NCBI GenBank assembly: GCA_030704615.1
Contig: CM060732.1
Coordinates: 68,572,001-68,636,000 of the forward strand
DNA length: 64,000 nt
Direction: 5' to 3'
Source: Takakia lepidozioides
Lineage: Eukaryota; Plantae; Bryophyta
Shown here in pieces: positions 37,682 through 50,800 of the stretch. The translations under genes were made by a program, and so were the position numbers. Every line of letters starts with the position of its first letter. Positions within the stretch are counted from its first letter, which is position 1. Under the pieces are notes generated by a model. The model did no database searches, was not told the origin of the DNA, and saw only the letters and a program-made list of their open reading frames with translations.

Positions 37682-40600
37682 ATGGCTCTCAAAGATGAGT
37701 TGGTAAGATTTTACTGTGCTTACAAATCGCTCCCCCTAACCAAAGTGATAGACACCAACGGGATGGCAACCGTGGGAGAGGATGTCCTTTGTAGAAGCTT
37801 GGATTTGCAAGTTGGTACTGTGCATGTGGAGAAAGAAGTGCACGACTCTGCCGGTAGGGTCGATAGTATGATGATTCTGGGGCCATATGTGTGCGATGAC
37901 CGTATTAGACAATGGAGAGTTCCAGTAGGCACTTACTGCGTGCATGGAGATCAACGACGTTCGTCTACAGGTTCAACACTCACACCAGGAACTGCCGCTT
38001 CAGTGGCTCCGGCCTTCATACCAGCTACAATTAAAAAAGATGACACCAACACTTCGACGCCTTTTGTGGATCTCTCGGAAAGCTCCGGTGACGACGACAT
38101 CTCTGAGATTCCACCTCCACCACACCTATCTTCTGTCGAAGAACCAGATGTCCAGGAGATATGCAGTGTGGTTCCAAAGTTACAGTCTATGAAAGGCTTG
38201 CCAAACTGCAGAAGTGACGTGCGTGGAATTGCATGGGGGACAATAAAGATTGTAAGAGCAAAATACCTTCCTGCAGGATTTGATGGGGATGTGGTTTTTG
38301 AGCTGCCACCTCCGACGTACTTTGGGGGTTTGGGAGGACTCATGCAAGGGATGGACAAGAAGCACGACGGACACCCTTGGTGTCAAACTAAGACAACCAA
38401 CATACATAACCCTCATGGCTTGTCTTTCCTTAGATCAGTCTGCGTTGGGCACCTCTGTTGTGGAAATGAAGCCTGCAACTGCTTGTCATTGAGAGGCTCC
38501 CCAAACGAGACGGAGTGGGAGGGTTGCGCTGATAACCCATTCGAGGTGGGGTGCCCACCTCCTAAAAACACGACGTTACTCTGCAAATATTGCAAAACGG
38601 CCCCAACATGCATTGGCACATGCAAGGCACGCATGTACTATGTGCTCTTTTGTTTTCGCGGCCTTACCCAAGCTTGTGTTCATCTCGGCAATCATACCCA
38701 CCCCGTATCGAAAGGGGATTGTCGAGAAAGTCTTGAAACAATTAGGGGACTTCTACGGCATGAGGTGGAGAATGCTCCTTATGCACTGCCATCTGCAAGC
38801 AAGAGCTTCTTGCAAAAACACATTCTAGGGGGACGGAAGAGAACATTGAGAAACTGGACAGCAAAAAACTGGACGTCGTTATGGACTATTTATCGACCCT
38901 TAGTTCACCCAATGTACGCAACCAGATCAACACACTCAGAATGGGAACATGGAGCACAGGTTACGTGGATAACGACCCCTGACCAGGAAAAACATTGTCT
39001 TGAATGAAGTCGTACATGCTTCTCCACTTCATTTCACCTTCTCAGCACTTGTGTTCTCAGCTATACGAGAGGTACTCTCTGGGGTGGAGCCTTTGGCCAA
39101 AAGAGACTTGAGAGCATTCATCTTCTGAGGACGCACTAGAGACAGCAATGCCTGTGACTGGGCCAATGCCGTAAACTCGCTGTCCAGCTTCTCCTTCAGG
39201 TCTTGATCCTCTTCCTTCTCTTTCGACTTTTGTGCCTGCATTTGAGCTTGGTTGACCACTTAGTATCATTAAAATCCTCTCGAACATCTGGAAGGTGGTG
39301 AGAGATTTGGTTCATGCAAGCGCAAACTGGACACCCCTCCGGGATCGGACGGTGATTCGCATCGACATGGTAGGGATAACTTTTCGGTGCCACGTGTGCC
39401 CGTGCCACCGACTTTCGTGCAATCAAAATCCTTTGTGGGTGAATCTTCCTCGACAGAGTTCACGGAGTCGACAACTACAACTACACGTGAAAAAGGGGCG
39501 AACCTGCTGCCCATCCAGGAGTCTGATTGTGCAGACGCGCAGTGGCACATAGAACGAACTCTGCAAGGCTCGAAGGTGAAATGTTCCGCTATCAGGGCAA
39601 CGTCCTTTGTGAAGTGCACATCTATGATTTGTAGAGCCCATGCAGGGACTCCAGCCCCAACTTTCACAGGGTTATTCAAGCATTATAGTGCGCGGGAGGC
39701 CAGGCCTCACAAGTTTTGGTTTTGTCCTGATGACATAAAACGTTGCGTGATGGGAACTATCCGTGATTTGGTGATAAGCAAACCTCAAATCCCAAAAGTT
39801 TGGCCAGTTAAGATGGGAACTGCACTGTCTACATAGGAAATTGACATGATGGAGGATGCAGGATTTCGACTCCCAAGAGGACCAACTGTCATAACAGTTA
39901 ATTCTTCGCATGATTTTCCTTCCCCATTTCCTGCGCGCTCTCCACTTGGCAACGATTGGCCAACGAAAAGAAATGGAAAGGTGGTCCGGCGGGTTGAGGC
40001 AAGTGTAGAGCACGAGTACAAGATTGAATCAGCGAAAACCCTTCAGTGTCGGGTCACCCACGTTGTCGATGTTCCCCCACCAGGCTACGGACGGGTGTAT
40101 AGTATGGTGACGATGGGATCTGTTATTCACAACACGGCGTACGAGGTAACAGTTTCCAATTTCCCAGATTGCACTTGCCCAGACTTCAAAAACACAATCT
40201 CCAGATCTCTGGGAAAGAGAGGCAAATTTGTGCCATGCAAACATTTGTACTACATGTACATTCAGATGATGTTTTGTGATCCAAAAATAGACACCTACAT
40301 TCACCAATGTACGATGGGGCTTGCTGATGTTATGACACTACTTGAGCGAGATAGTACTGCACGAGTTTGAGATGCTATCAGGCATGACCTTGCAAAGCCT
40401 GGGCTGTTTTTCTGTGACGTCCGGTGGCAGATGACAAAGTCGCCTTTATATGGAAAAAGCTTCAGGCTGTTTCATGCCAGCACTTTCTTCACTCAGAAGC
40501 CATCCCCTACCCCACGTCATGATCAAAATAGATGGCAATGCTTTGTACACTTTCTACACTTTGTGCACTTTCCAATTTCAACCGTGCTTTCTGAATATAC

Positions 40601-41090
40601 CCCAGTCTTACATGGACCTTCACTACTGCCATTGTTTATACGTCTTGTATACTGTTTCGAATAAAAAGTACGTGAGGGAAATTCATACAACTCAAAGCAG
40701 TAGAGGATGGCCTGCTTCATTCAACATCCTTCAAAGTTCTTTCCCCCCAAATGTTGTTGCTCTCATCCATTGCACATTCATCCGTATTTGGACGTCCCTC
40801 ATTCATCCAACATTCATCCTACATTCATCCATTCGACAGACCCATTCATCTGTACGGATTTCCTCTCGCACTACTCTCAAATTTCCATTCGTGTCTTGCG
40901 TATGTTACCCCCGTAAACCGTAAACGTCGTCCCCATAGCAATAGGTTTTGTTTTTCCCACGGCTACAGGATCCGCTTTCATTCTATGCTCACGCTTAAGA
41001 AATGTGCTCACACTTAGGAAATGTGCTCACACTTAACGAAGTCCGCTCACGCTTAGTCCGCTAAGCATGAGCGCGCTCACGCGCTAGCTT
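37682..41090 (+). mobile_element. Degenerate DNA transposon-like element encoding a GCM-like Zn domain and a SWIM finger
   Basis: ORF 37682-39007: HPWCQTKTTN..RSVCVGHLCC..C..CKYC..C...C..HLGNHTHP. ORF 39846-40370: CTCPDF...CKHLYY (SWIM). Subterminal GCTCAC(A/G)CTTA repeats and a hairpin at 40985-41090. No left terminus found. Confidence 0.6.
39029..39262 (-). pseudogene. NOP14: Captured fragment of nucleolar protein 14
   Basis: AQKSKEKEEDQDLKEKLDSEFTALAQSQALLSLVRPQKMNALKSLL resembles the plant NOP14 segment (AQKAKDKEENEQL.E.LDK.F.SL.QS.ALLSL..P.KMNALK.L). Lies antisense inside the transposon. Confidence 0.72.
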
Positions 41091-41215
41091 CCCTCGTTTG
41101 AAGCGACGCAGTCCGTAGATCATGTGGCACGGCTGGCAGCACAGTGTGTGGCAGAGCGAGGACAGGACCGGCCATCAATACAACAAGTGCTGCAGGGGCT
41201 CGTACAATCAGGGCA
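41091..41215 (+). pseudogene. Fragment of a receptor-like (RLK/Pelle) kinase, subdomain XI
   Basis: Hand translation: PSFEATQSVDHVARLAAQCVAERGQDRPSIQQVLQGL (LA..C......RPS...V motif). Confidence 0.6.
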
Positions 41216-41567
41216 GGGCATAAATTCTAGAAAGCACTTCATGTGACCTCCTCCATCTCTGATGGTGTACCAATGTTATGTCCGCTTTTTGATGGTATTT
41301 ACTCCATTGGAGAATGATGAAACTTTCCCAAGGACTTCAGAACAATCCATGAAGAATTGTAAGTAACATCAGGTCGTCCGCTGGTCGTCCCACCATTGTC
41401 CCACCATCTCCCCATCCCGGAGATGGTTAGGTCGCCCCACCATGGGCCATCGGTCGCCCGTCGCCGTCAGTTGCCCTGCGAATGTTCGGCGGTCCACCGT
41501 CGCCTGAATTGATCGGCAGACATCAGAGACCTGGAACCTCCACATAAGATTCTTATGACGAGAATTC

Positions 41568-42755
41568 CACTACTACGTTTAGGGCGAGGGGGGGGGGGGT
41601 TTAGCGATGCCCAGTGACCTCCAACCGCCGCGATTAGCGACGGAAATACTCTACGGCGCCCGGGGCGCGCTGGGGGCATTTTGTGGCGTCGAGAAGTTGC
41701 AGAGACGTCGGTCCCGGAACGTATCTATATTAGCATCGTCGGGGAATCGCAAACCCACCGGGACCCCCCGGCCGCGGCGCCGGCGCAACTTGCGACGTCC
41801 GCACATCCCAATAATAATTTTTTTTTTTTTAAAAATTCCTAGGAAAATTTGAATTTGAAATTGAAATTTGAATTTCAAAAACTAGTTGACCATTGACTCC
41901 AGTTTTGTCCAATGGCAATTCATACATTGTCCTACATATATTAGGCAATGCATACTTGAACCTATGACCTCCACATTATAACATTTCTAAGACACTATGC
42001 ATTAACCAACAAATCTACAATACATCTATGTATTACAAAAACAGTCCAAATATATATATATATATATATCAAGAGTTAGCTCCTAGTGACTACATTATCT
42101 CAATCCTATCATTGTGTTCCAGATTATGCGTACTCTTCAGGAGCTCTCACAGCTGGAACTTGCATCGAGACTTGTCCCCAGAGTTCTTCAAGAACAAATA
42201 ATCTATCAATGGTCTAAGTTTTGCATAGCTGCATTGCAACTTATTGTTAGACAGTGGTTGTAGTCTCAGGATGCCAAACCCATTATGCTCTACAATCTAC
42301 TCCCAGAATCAATTTTTTGCGACGCCCCCAGGACGCCAGAGGATCGCAGCCCCAGCGACGTTTTTGCGACGGCCGGACGCTACTGCGACGGCGGGGAATC
42401 GTCAAAAAAAAATTATAAATATTAAAATTATTAAAATTTATTATTTAAATAATAATAATAATAATAAAACGGGCAGCGACGTTGCGACGCCTCGTTGCGA
42501 TTCCCCGGCGTCGCAGTAAATGGTTGCGACGCCAGGGCGTCGTAACCTCCCCCAGCGCGTTGGCGGGGGAATGAGGTCAGGTCCCTTTCCGGCGACGGCA
42601 TGACATCGCAAGATGCCACAACCTCGTTTGAGCGCCGGCGTTGCGACGCCCTGACGTCGCAAGTCCTGGGCCAGGCGCCTACGCGACGCTGCAGTCGAAG
42701 GGGGGTCGGCGCGCCCGGGGTCCCGACATCGCTAACCCCCCTAAATGTAGTAGTG
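41568..42755. mobile_element. Non-autonomous CACTA (CMC-EnSpm) element
   Basis: TIRs CACTACTAC(G/A)TTTAGGG...CCCTAAATGTAGTAGTG. 3-bp flanks TTC/CTC. Many GCGACG/CGTCGC subterminal repeats. AT-rich core with (TA)n. Confidence 0.88.
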
Positions 42756-43265
42756 CTCCCACATGGTCCTCTCCGAGTTCGTCCCACATAATGACCTCAT
42801 CGGAAATGCAAACTTGGACCCATCTTTTGTATTTCATGGCACTCCCATTATCTCCAAGAAGCAAGCATTGGAAGTTTTTTCAACTGTTTTATCCCAGACC
42901 GAATCAGGTATCCTCCAACTTTTCTCTGTCCTCCGAAACCTCCTTCGCTTCAAGGTCCATATTACCGGGCTCATTGTCCTGTTGTCCCTTGGGGGGAAAA
43001 CAAATATTCATGTTGAACTCATCTCCGCTGTATCTTTTCAAATGAACGTTACGAACATCCCAAACAACGGATGCCCCAGTGCTTTTTCCCCAATTCTCAA
43101 CATCCATATGGGGGTAAGGGAGAGGATTTGATCCATGTGCACCATCCCAAGAGATAATAATAACATATATCATTATATAGAGAGTATGCCGGTGAGACAC
43201 ATCAATATCTGAAGCGAGACATTTGTTTGTTTGTTTGTTTGTTGGCTCTGTCCTGCAAGGGATAG

Positions 43266-43986
43266 TGTCGCGGCCCTTCGCCAGGGTAGGAGGTTCGGGA
43301 CACAAAAGGGGTTGCCCCTGTGGTGGGGGCAGTGGTAACAATAGATACGGGGGCTGAAGCACCCTTGAGTGGCCAAGGCACTCAAGGAGGCGGAGGCGCT
43401 CACTAGGTGGAACCCCGCACACTGGGTTGCGGTGGGGGTGGTTCCACGAGGGGTGATGGTAGCTTAGTGGGACTTAGTGGGGGTGGCATAAGACTCACCA
43501 TGGGGCGGAGACCTTGTGGTGGGAGTCGTGGGGAGTCTTGGAACTCATCACGGTCCAATGGGGCCGTGGTGGGTGGGCCAAGACTCACCGCGACTCACCA
43601 CCGGGAATCGAGGGTCTTCGTGGTGGTTCGCCATAAAAGGACGGTGTTGTTTGTGAAACCCCCGTGGACAGTCATAAAAATATATAGGAAGTAGTAACCC
43701 CGAGAACGGTGCAAGCCCGTTGGTGACCAAAAACTAATGAGTGAGCGAGCGAGCTGGAAAGCGATCAAGGAGTGGGGAGCTATTCCGGACTGTCATCTAC
43801 CAAAGGGAAATTTCACTAGGCCCAAATTGGTGGAGGGTCTTTTGGAGGAGCAAAGGGGGACCGTTATGTCCCGGTGAGCAGCCGAAGGTCCGAGTTGGCC
43901 CGGCGGCCAGTTTGGGAGTTAGGCGCGCGCATCAAAGCGAGTAACTATGACTTGAATGGGAGCTTACCGAAGTGAGGTGCGCGACA
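43266..43986 (+). mobile_element. Solo LTR of the chromovirus family
   Basis: TGTCGCGG...GCGCGACA, ~721 bp, homologous to 55927-56652. Flanks GATAG/AATAG (TSD with one mismatch). No PBS follows. Confidence 0.92.
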
Positions 43987-44285
43987 AATAGAGGCATTGT
44001 GGAGACTTCTTGCCTAGGCGGAGAACGGCGAACTAGGCTTATCCATTAAGCCTAGAGACAGATAGAGAGAGCCTAGTCATTAGAGGGGTGATGGGACCCA
44101 CAAGAGGTAGATGCATTGTGGAGATATCTTTAGGGAGAGAACTCGGCTTATCCATTAAGCCTAGAGAGAGAGAGCCCCTAGTCTTTAGAGGGTTGATGGG
44201 ACCCATAGAATAGAGGCATAGTGGATACATCTTTAGGGAGAGAACTAGGCTTATCCTTTAAGCCTAGTCTATGGAGGGTTCATGG
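43987..44285. repeat. ~100-120-bp tandem repeat (3 copies), each with a CTAGGCTTA-TCCAT-TAAGCCTAG hairpin
   Basis: Units begin TAGA(G/T)GCA(T/A)GTGGA at ~43989, ~44108 and ~44211. Confidence 0.8.
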
Positions 44286-47200
44286 GAATGATTCATGAAG
44301 CCCTAGAAAAAGTATAAAACAACAACCACAAAATCACCAAAGGACAGAGCCTCTTGTGGCAGAGCCGCTTGTTTTGTTTTGTTTTGCTTTGTAGTGTAGC
44401 GTTGAGATGCCCCAAACCGCATGGCCCCAAACCGCGGGCCCAGCCCTGGTGCTTGGTAACCTTGAAAGCCCTTGATGAGGAGAGGTGCATCCGCTTGGTC
44501 TCATGATTGTTGGACGTACAGTGTGGGATGTCGAATTTCAAGTACTTTTGGTCGTTGGAAATTCGCGAAATATAACAAAGTGGGCTTTCCTAGGACAATG
44601 ATTGGAGCCTTGACAAGAGATATATCAATAATGATTCACTATATTGTTACTCAATAAATTCATAGAAACACAAATTGGGCCTTGACATGGGAGAGTCGCC
44701 CTTGGATACATAAGATATTGCACTTGGGCTTAAGATGACACTGGACATTTCGGCCTCTAGGGTAGAACACCCTAAGACCAACCAAATAAGGAGAAATTAC
44801 ACTCTACAGATCAGACAATTAGATGAAATTCATCCATTCTTCATCCATTGGAAAGCTTATGAGGTAGGCTACCACATGAAAAAACAAAAAAAAAACTTAG
44901 TTTTGGCCCAGAATTAATACATGTACGAAAACTTCAAGTATAAGGGGTCCAAATGAGGTGCGAGAAGTCAAATAGGCACTTGGCCTTTCCATGGCCATTG
45001 CCATTGATCTCTATTAACATTATTAATGATATCTATGACCATTGTCAACCCATTGGTTTAATGCGATAGTAAAAGCCTATTAGTTTCATAAAGCGAGTCA
45101 ATCACCATAGTTACGGTATCTTATGACCAATCATCCTTCCTGCATCGATTTGTGAACATGACCGATCTAATGCCTTGGAGTTTGACGGATTTATGCCTGT
45201 GGGTGGTTGCGCATAGGTGGTTACGATTTCGGATATAGAATTTCCTCTATCTTGCTACGGCCATCTCCTCGTGGTTTTTGGCTTATGCGCAGGGTTCGAA
45301 TCATGGAGGAGAGGCTCTGTGTGGGAAGGCCATCGCTCAGAGACAGAGAAGGTGAAGATCCTCGCCGTGATACGTTTCTTTTCTGCTCATGTTTATGTTG
45401 CATTTGCTCGTTATCCCCGCTTGGTTCTTCCCCATTTTCTTCTTCGGGCATGATGTGCAGGTTTGAGAAGACTTCTAGAGAGCTTGAAAGTTATTAGGAA
45501 CTCGTGCAACGCGATGCAATGTAGTGTCGACTTTCTGCCACAGGTATTTTACTACGAACCGTGTTTCATCCTTTTTTTTTTTCTCTTTTTGTCTTACACT
45601 GACTTACCTCTTTCATGCTTGTTATCTGTTTCTCTGTGGAAATGCAACATAACTAAAGACCTTGAAAAAATGAAAGCTATTTGAGGGCCTACTGCCCCAT
45701 ATCATCGCGGAGTGATCTTTTTCATTTTACTTGTAGAGACTTTGTTTTCAGATCTAGTTGATTGTCATGGCTTCCATGGCCAGTCCAGACCAATGCCTAA
45801 AAAATTACCATATCAAACTAGTGACTTGTAGAAGTCATCCAAAAGCCAGATTCACCCTAACATATACTTCAGCTTAAGCATTAGAAAGCTGAGATAGTGA
45901 TAATGTCAATAAGTTGTCACATCAACCTAATAGGCTCTGACCATAAGCCAAGAAACTGAAAACCACAAAATTGTTCTCATAGACGTTAGGGCATGCTCAT
46001 TCCTTCCTCTCTTGGCAGGACAAAACGTTTAGTGCTTGATATTGAGTATGATAAAAATAGAGAGATCTACTACAGGTTATAAATATTTGATAGCTATTAG
46101 TTGAAGTAAAAACCAGCAATGATAAGTCCTCAAATGTTTCACTAAGCAAAGCAAAACACTGTGTCTAATCTGATATGCTATAGAATGAACTCCATTTGAA
46201 ATGAACAAACATGTAATATAACTAGCTACTATCATAATAGACAATGCATTACATCTGAAACATGTCTATGCAATGTCACGACAGTAGCCTGCCATTGTGC
46301 TTGGTCTCTGATGACAAAGTTGGGGCATTGGCAAATTCGTGATGGCTGTAAGTGCAGGTTGCATTGGCTGACCTGAATTTCCATTGACTCCCTTGTCTCC
46401 TCTCCTTCTTTCCAACACTCTCCTTCTTGCTGCTCTTTGAGTAGGACTTGACATTCCAAGGTTTACACCATGATAGATGTTTGGATTAGCAATCACCCCC
46501 ATGGATGGAACTTATCAGTCTTATTCCTGGACCTCATTTGAATTACCGGCAATAAGTCAAAGAAGGGAGGTCCAAGCGAGCAGAAAATTGGGTCAGTGCT
46601 ATGAGTGTGCCCGGTTAGCATTTGGAAGTACATAGCTCAATATTTGCTTTCTTAAGAAAAGAATTGCCATGCCTGTTTTGCCTGCCATGGTAAGTACATC
46701 GGCATCCAGCGCATCCATCATGGGGAGGTGATGAATGTACTTCTGCAGCTGTTCAGGCAATTCTTGTCAGCCATGGATTGTGTGGATGTGGACAATCTGT
46801 TACTGGTTCTTAACCCAGTGAGTCCATAGTTGGGCTGAGAAATGCAGCTCAATGCAGATGTTGTGAGGAGCTCTGACATCTAATGGGGGCTTTGTTGTGC
46901 GTAGGCTGGAGGCACTTACTAGCTCTTGGCTTCTTCACATTAATAGGAGCTCTGGTGATCACATTATTGGGTGCTATCACTGTATTCGTGATAAAAAGAG
47001 CGATTCAGGTGATCACGTGTAATTGTTCTTATCCTCTTATCGTGCTCGACAGTAGCAGTTCTGGTGATCATCATATTAATGCCCAGTGTGTTTACTTGAG
47101 AAAGGTATGTGGTGAGGACTGATCTTTGTCGGATCCTCTTTATTTGTGATTATTCATGTGAGGTGGTGACACCCAAGTAATAAAATTCATTTGGTCTATC

Positions 47201-47883
47201 CTTTTATAACATGATGGGGTGTTCTTCCAAATGAGTCCTCTTGAGTGCTTTGGGGAAACAGAAAGTAGCATCTTCTACTCACAACAAATGGATGTTTCCT
47301 GCAATTGTATGAAGAAAACATGAAGGCCGACAGCTGAAGTGAAGGCATTTTCAGGTAGTAGACATTCTGTCACTAGGGAGAAGTATAGGATTTTGTGCAT
47401 GGCTTGACTCACCCGCTGAGCATTAATCTTTGTTGCCCATTTTCATCACTTGCCAATGTTTGTCGCATATTTGTTAAGTCAAATGGAAAGATTGGGTAGA
47501 TTTTATGTGTTGAACTCACGAGTACTATTCCAGAGGATCCATTGGACCTGAATACAAAGAGAGCAGGAACTAACCTATTTAACTACATGACCATGGCCCA
47601 AAGTCAACAACCATGAAGGCAAAGTAATCTAACTATGGGATAGAAACAGAACAGTTTCGGTGCAAGTTTCGGTGCATGCAGTCGGTGCCATAAAGCTCCG
47701 ATACTTAAGGGAGGACTGATCTATCTGTATACTCTAGAATTAGCAAAGCCTATCTTTAACATAAAGCTAACAACCTCCCTCAGTCCTCAAACCACCACAA
47801 TAGCTCTTCTACCTGTTGACAATGTCGCAAACTAATTGGCTAAGGGAAGCTCCGGTTAGAAAATTTCAAAGCAGTTGATGCCC

Positions 47884-50800
47884 TCACTCTTGAATGGTGC
47901 ACAAGCTGTGAACTCTAAGATCTTTCCTGAACTTCTCAAATTTGATTTTGCCGAGTGGTTTGGTGAGTATGTCTGCAATTTGGTCTTTCGTTGGAACATG
48001 GATGAGGTCAATTTCACCACTCTCAACTTTCTCTCTAATATAGTGGTGGTGTACCTCAATGTGCTTTGTCCTGGCATGAAAAACTGGGTTCTTTGCAATC
48101 TTTACACTGCTTTGATTATCACAAAAGAGAGCAGTAGGTCCAACCTCCAAAATGCCCAATTCTTCAGCTAGTCTCCTCAGCCAAGTAATCTCCTTGGCTC
48201 CCTCTGTCAAAGCACGATATTCCGCCTCGGTTGATGATAAATCAATAGTTGGTTGCTTCTTCGACATCCAGGTTATTGCACTCTCCCCTAATCGAGCCAC
48301 GTAACCTGATGTGGAGTGCCTCGAATCACTGTCTCCTACCCAATCTGCATCAGTGAATGCATTTAGAATGCTTTCATCTCCCTTGCGAAAGAATAGTCCG
48401 TAGTCCAGTGTTCCTCTTACATACTTCATCACTTGCTTAACTGCATCGAGATGGGCTTGTTGTGAAGCCGACAGGAACTTGCTGACTATGGAGACAGAAA
48501 ACATCAAGTCTGGTCTTGTATTTGTTAGGTACACGAGCTTCCCTACCATCCTACGATACACAGCTGGTTCGGTAGCAGGTGATCCCATATCCAATGACAA
48601 TTTCAGTCCTTCAATCATGGGCACGGTGGCAGGATTAGCATCCCAAAGACCGAATTCCTCAATCATCTTCTTCGCATATGTCCTCTGTGTCATCAGTATT
48701 CCTCTTTCTAGATGCAATAACTCAGCCGCCAAGTACAAACTAGCAAGTCCCAGATCTGACATTTCAAATGCTTCTTTCAATTGATCTCTCAACCATTGAA
48801 TCTTCTTGTGGTGATTGCCAGTGAGAAGTAAGTCATCCACATAAAGAACTAGAATGATGATCATACCATCTATTCTGAAGTAGTACAAGTTATGATCTGC
48901 ACCGCTTCTCTGCATACCTTGTGATTTCAGATAGGCATCAATTTTGGCGTACCACGCTCTAGGGGCTTGCTTCAAGCCAGAGCTTTGAGAAGTCTACATA
49001 CCAATGAATAATCCCCGTTGAATGTTCCCTCCGGTTGTTCCATGTATACTTCGTCATCAAGGTCTCCATTGAGAAATGTCGTCTTCACATCAAGATGGTA
49101 GATGGGCCATGTGTTGTATGCGGCTAGAGCAACTATGGTCCGAATTGTTCCCCACTTGACTACTGGCGCGAAGGTCTCATCAAAGTCGATTCCCTCCCTT
49201 TGCTCAAATCCATGAGCAACCAGCCGAGCTTTGAGTTTTTCTGGGGTGCCATCAGCCTTGTGTTTCACTTTGAAAATCCATTTCGCAGTGATTGGCCTCT
49301 TTCCAAGAGGAAGTGGGACTAGTTCCCAAGTCTGATTCTTGGCAATGGAGTCTAGCTCCTATTTCATTGCATCCCTCCAGCCAGAAATTTTTAGCCTCGG
49401 TGAAGGTTGAAGGTTTATAAGGAACCTCGAGTGTGTTTACCTCATAGTCCTGTAGATGTGCGGGGCGTCGTCGTTGTCAGACTGGACAAATGGGGGAGAC
49501 AGGTCTGTACAGTGCAACTCTGGGAGATCCAAGTTCGGGCCCTGGTTTCTCAAGTGGTGGTTGTGCGGGGACAGAATCTGGTTCTGGAGTGACTTGAGAT
49601 TGGAGTGTAACCTCATTTGAGCCCTCTTGATCAGCATGAATCGGAAGATCAACATGTAGATCTAGGGATTTCGGTGATGAGGGTGTTGAGTTAACACCAA
49701 TGGCCAGGGGAGACTCTTCCAAGTTGTCTGTCGGTGGAGTAGCATAAATAGTTGGTGGATCTATACTTACGGGCTGTTCTATGAATCGGACATCTCTGCT
49801 GATGAAAATCTTCCTTGAGAGAGGATTATACAGCCTGTATCCTTTTGTAGTGGTGTCATATCCAACAAAAATGCATTCCTTAGACTTAGAGTCTAATTTG
49901 CTGCGTAACTTATGTTTCTCTATGTGAACATAAGAGATGCTCCCAAAGACTCTCAAATGGTTCAAGTCTGGTTTGATACCTGAGAAAAATTCGTAAGGAG
50001 TTGACCCTGAGTTCGCTTTTGATGGAGATCTGTTCAGCAGATACGCCCCTGTGTTCACCGCTTCAGTCCACAGATACTTGGGTAGAGTTTTTTCCAGTAA
50101 AAGACTTCTTGCATGTTCAAGAAGCGTTCTTTTTTTTCGTTCGGCGACACTATTTTGTTGTGGTGTATGGGGCTGAGGTAAGTTGGCGTTGGATGCCGGT
50201 TGCTTGCAGAAATGCCGTGAACTCTCCCGATAAGAATTCTCCACCCCTGTCTGTGCGAAGCTTGACAATAGATATGTCAGTGGCATTTTCTATCATAGCT
50301 TTAAACACTTTGAAGTGTTTCAAGGCCTCACTCTTAGCCTTTAGGAAATACACCCAAGTAAACCTACTATGGTCGTCTGTGATGGTCATGAAATACCTTG
50401 ATCCTGAGAGTGATGGCACTGGGAGTGGACCACATAGGTCCATATGCACCAATTCGAGGATTTTCTTTGCCCTGTTTTGAGATGACCGAGGAAATCTTTC
50501 CCGGTGCTGCTTCCCCATGAGACATGCACCACACACCTCTTTCAGTAACGGCAGTTTCAGTATTCCTTCCGCTTTGTTGTGATTTGACAGATAATGGAGT
50601 CCGTGAAAGTTCAGATGCCCAAGCCGTCTATGCCACAATCTAGCAGAAGTATCATCTTCTACAGAGAGAACTTCAGTACTGTCTACGACATGAGATTCTA
50701 GTGATCGTGAAGAGTGTGATTCTACTTTATACAAACTATTCTCTGGGTCCCTATTACCACTGAGTCTAATCGTGTGTGGAGATTTTGAGTCTACAAAAAT

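Larger units (their letters stand above)
43202..45000 (+). mobile_element. Possible non-autonomous Helitron-type repeat hosting the solo LTR
   Basis: Starts A|TCAATATCTGAAGCGAGAC followed by (GTTT)n and contains internal hairpin tandem repeats. No clean 3' hairpin-CTRR end found. Confidence 0.3.

Noticed and set aside
42756-43200. Coding-like minus-strand stretch
   Set aside because: Interrupted by stops and not assignable to any family.
43987-44285. CRISPR-like array
   Set aside because: Eukaryotic context, the 'spacers' are homologous to each other, and there are no cas genes.
45100-47500. Possible gene or promoter interrupted by the Copia (continuing at 63572)
   Set aside because: Joining the flanks gave stops in all three minus-strand frames checked and no recognisable product.
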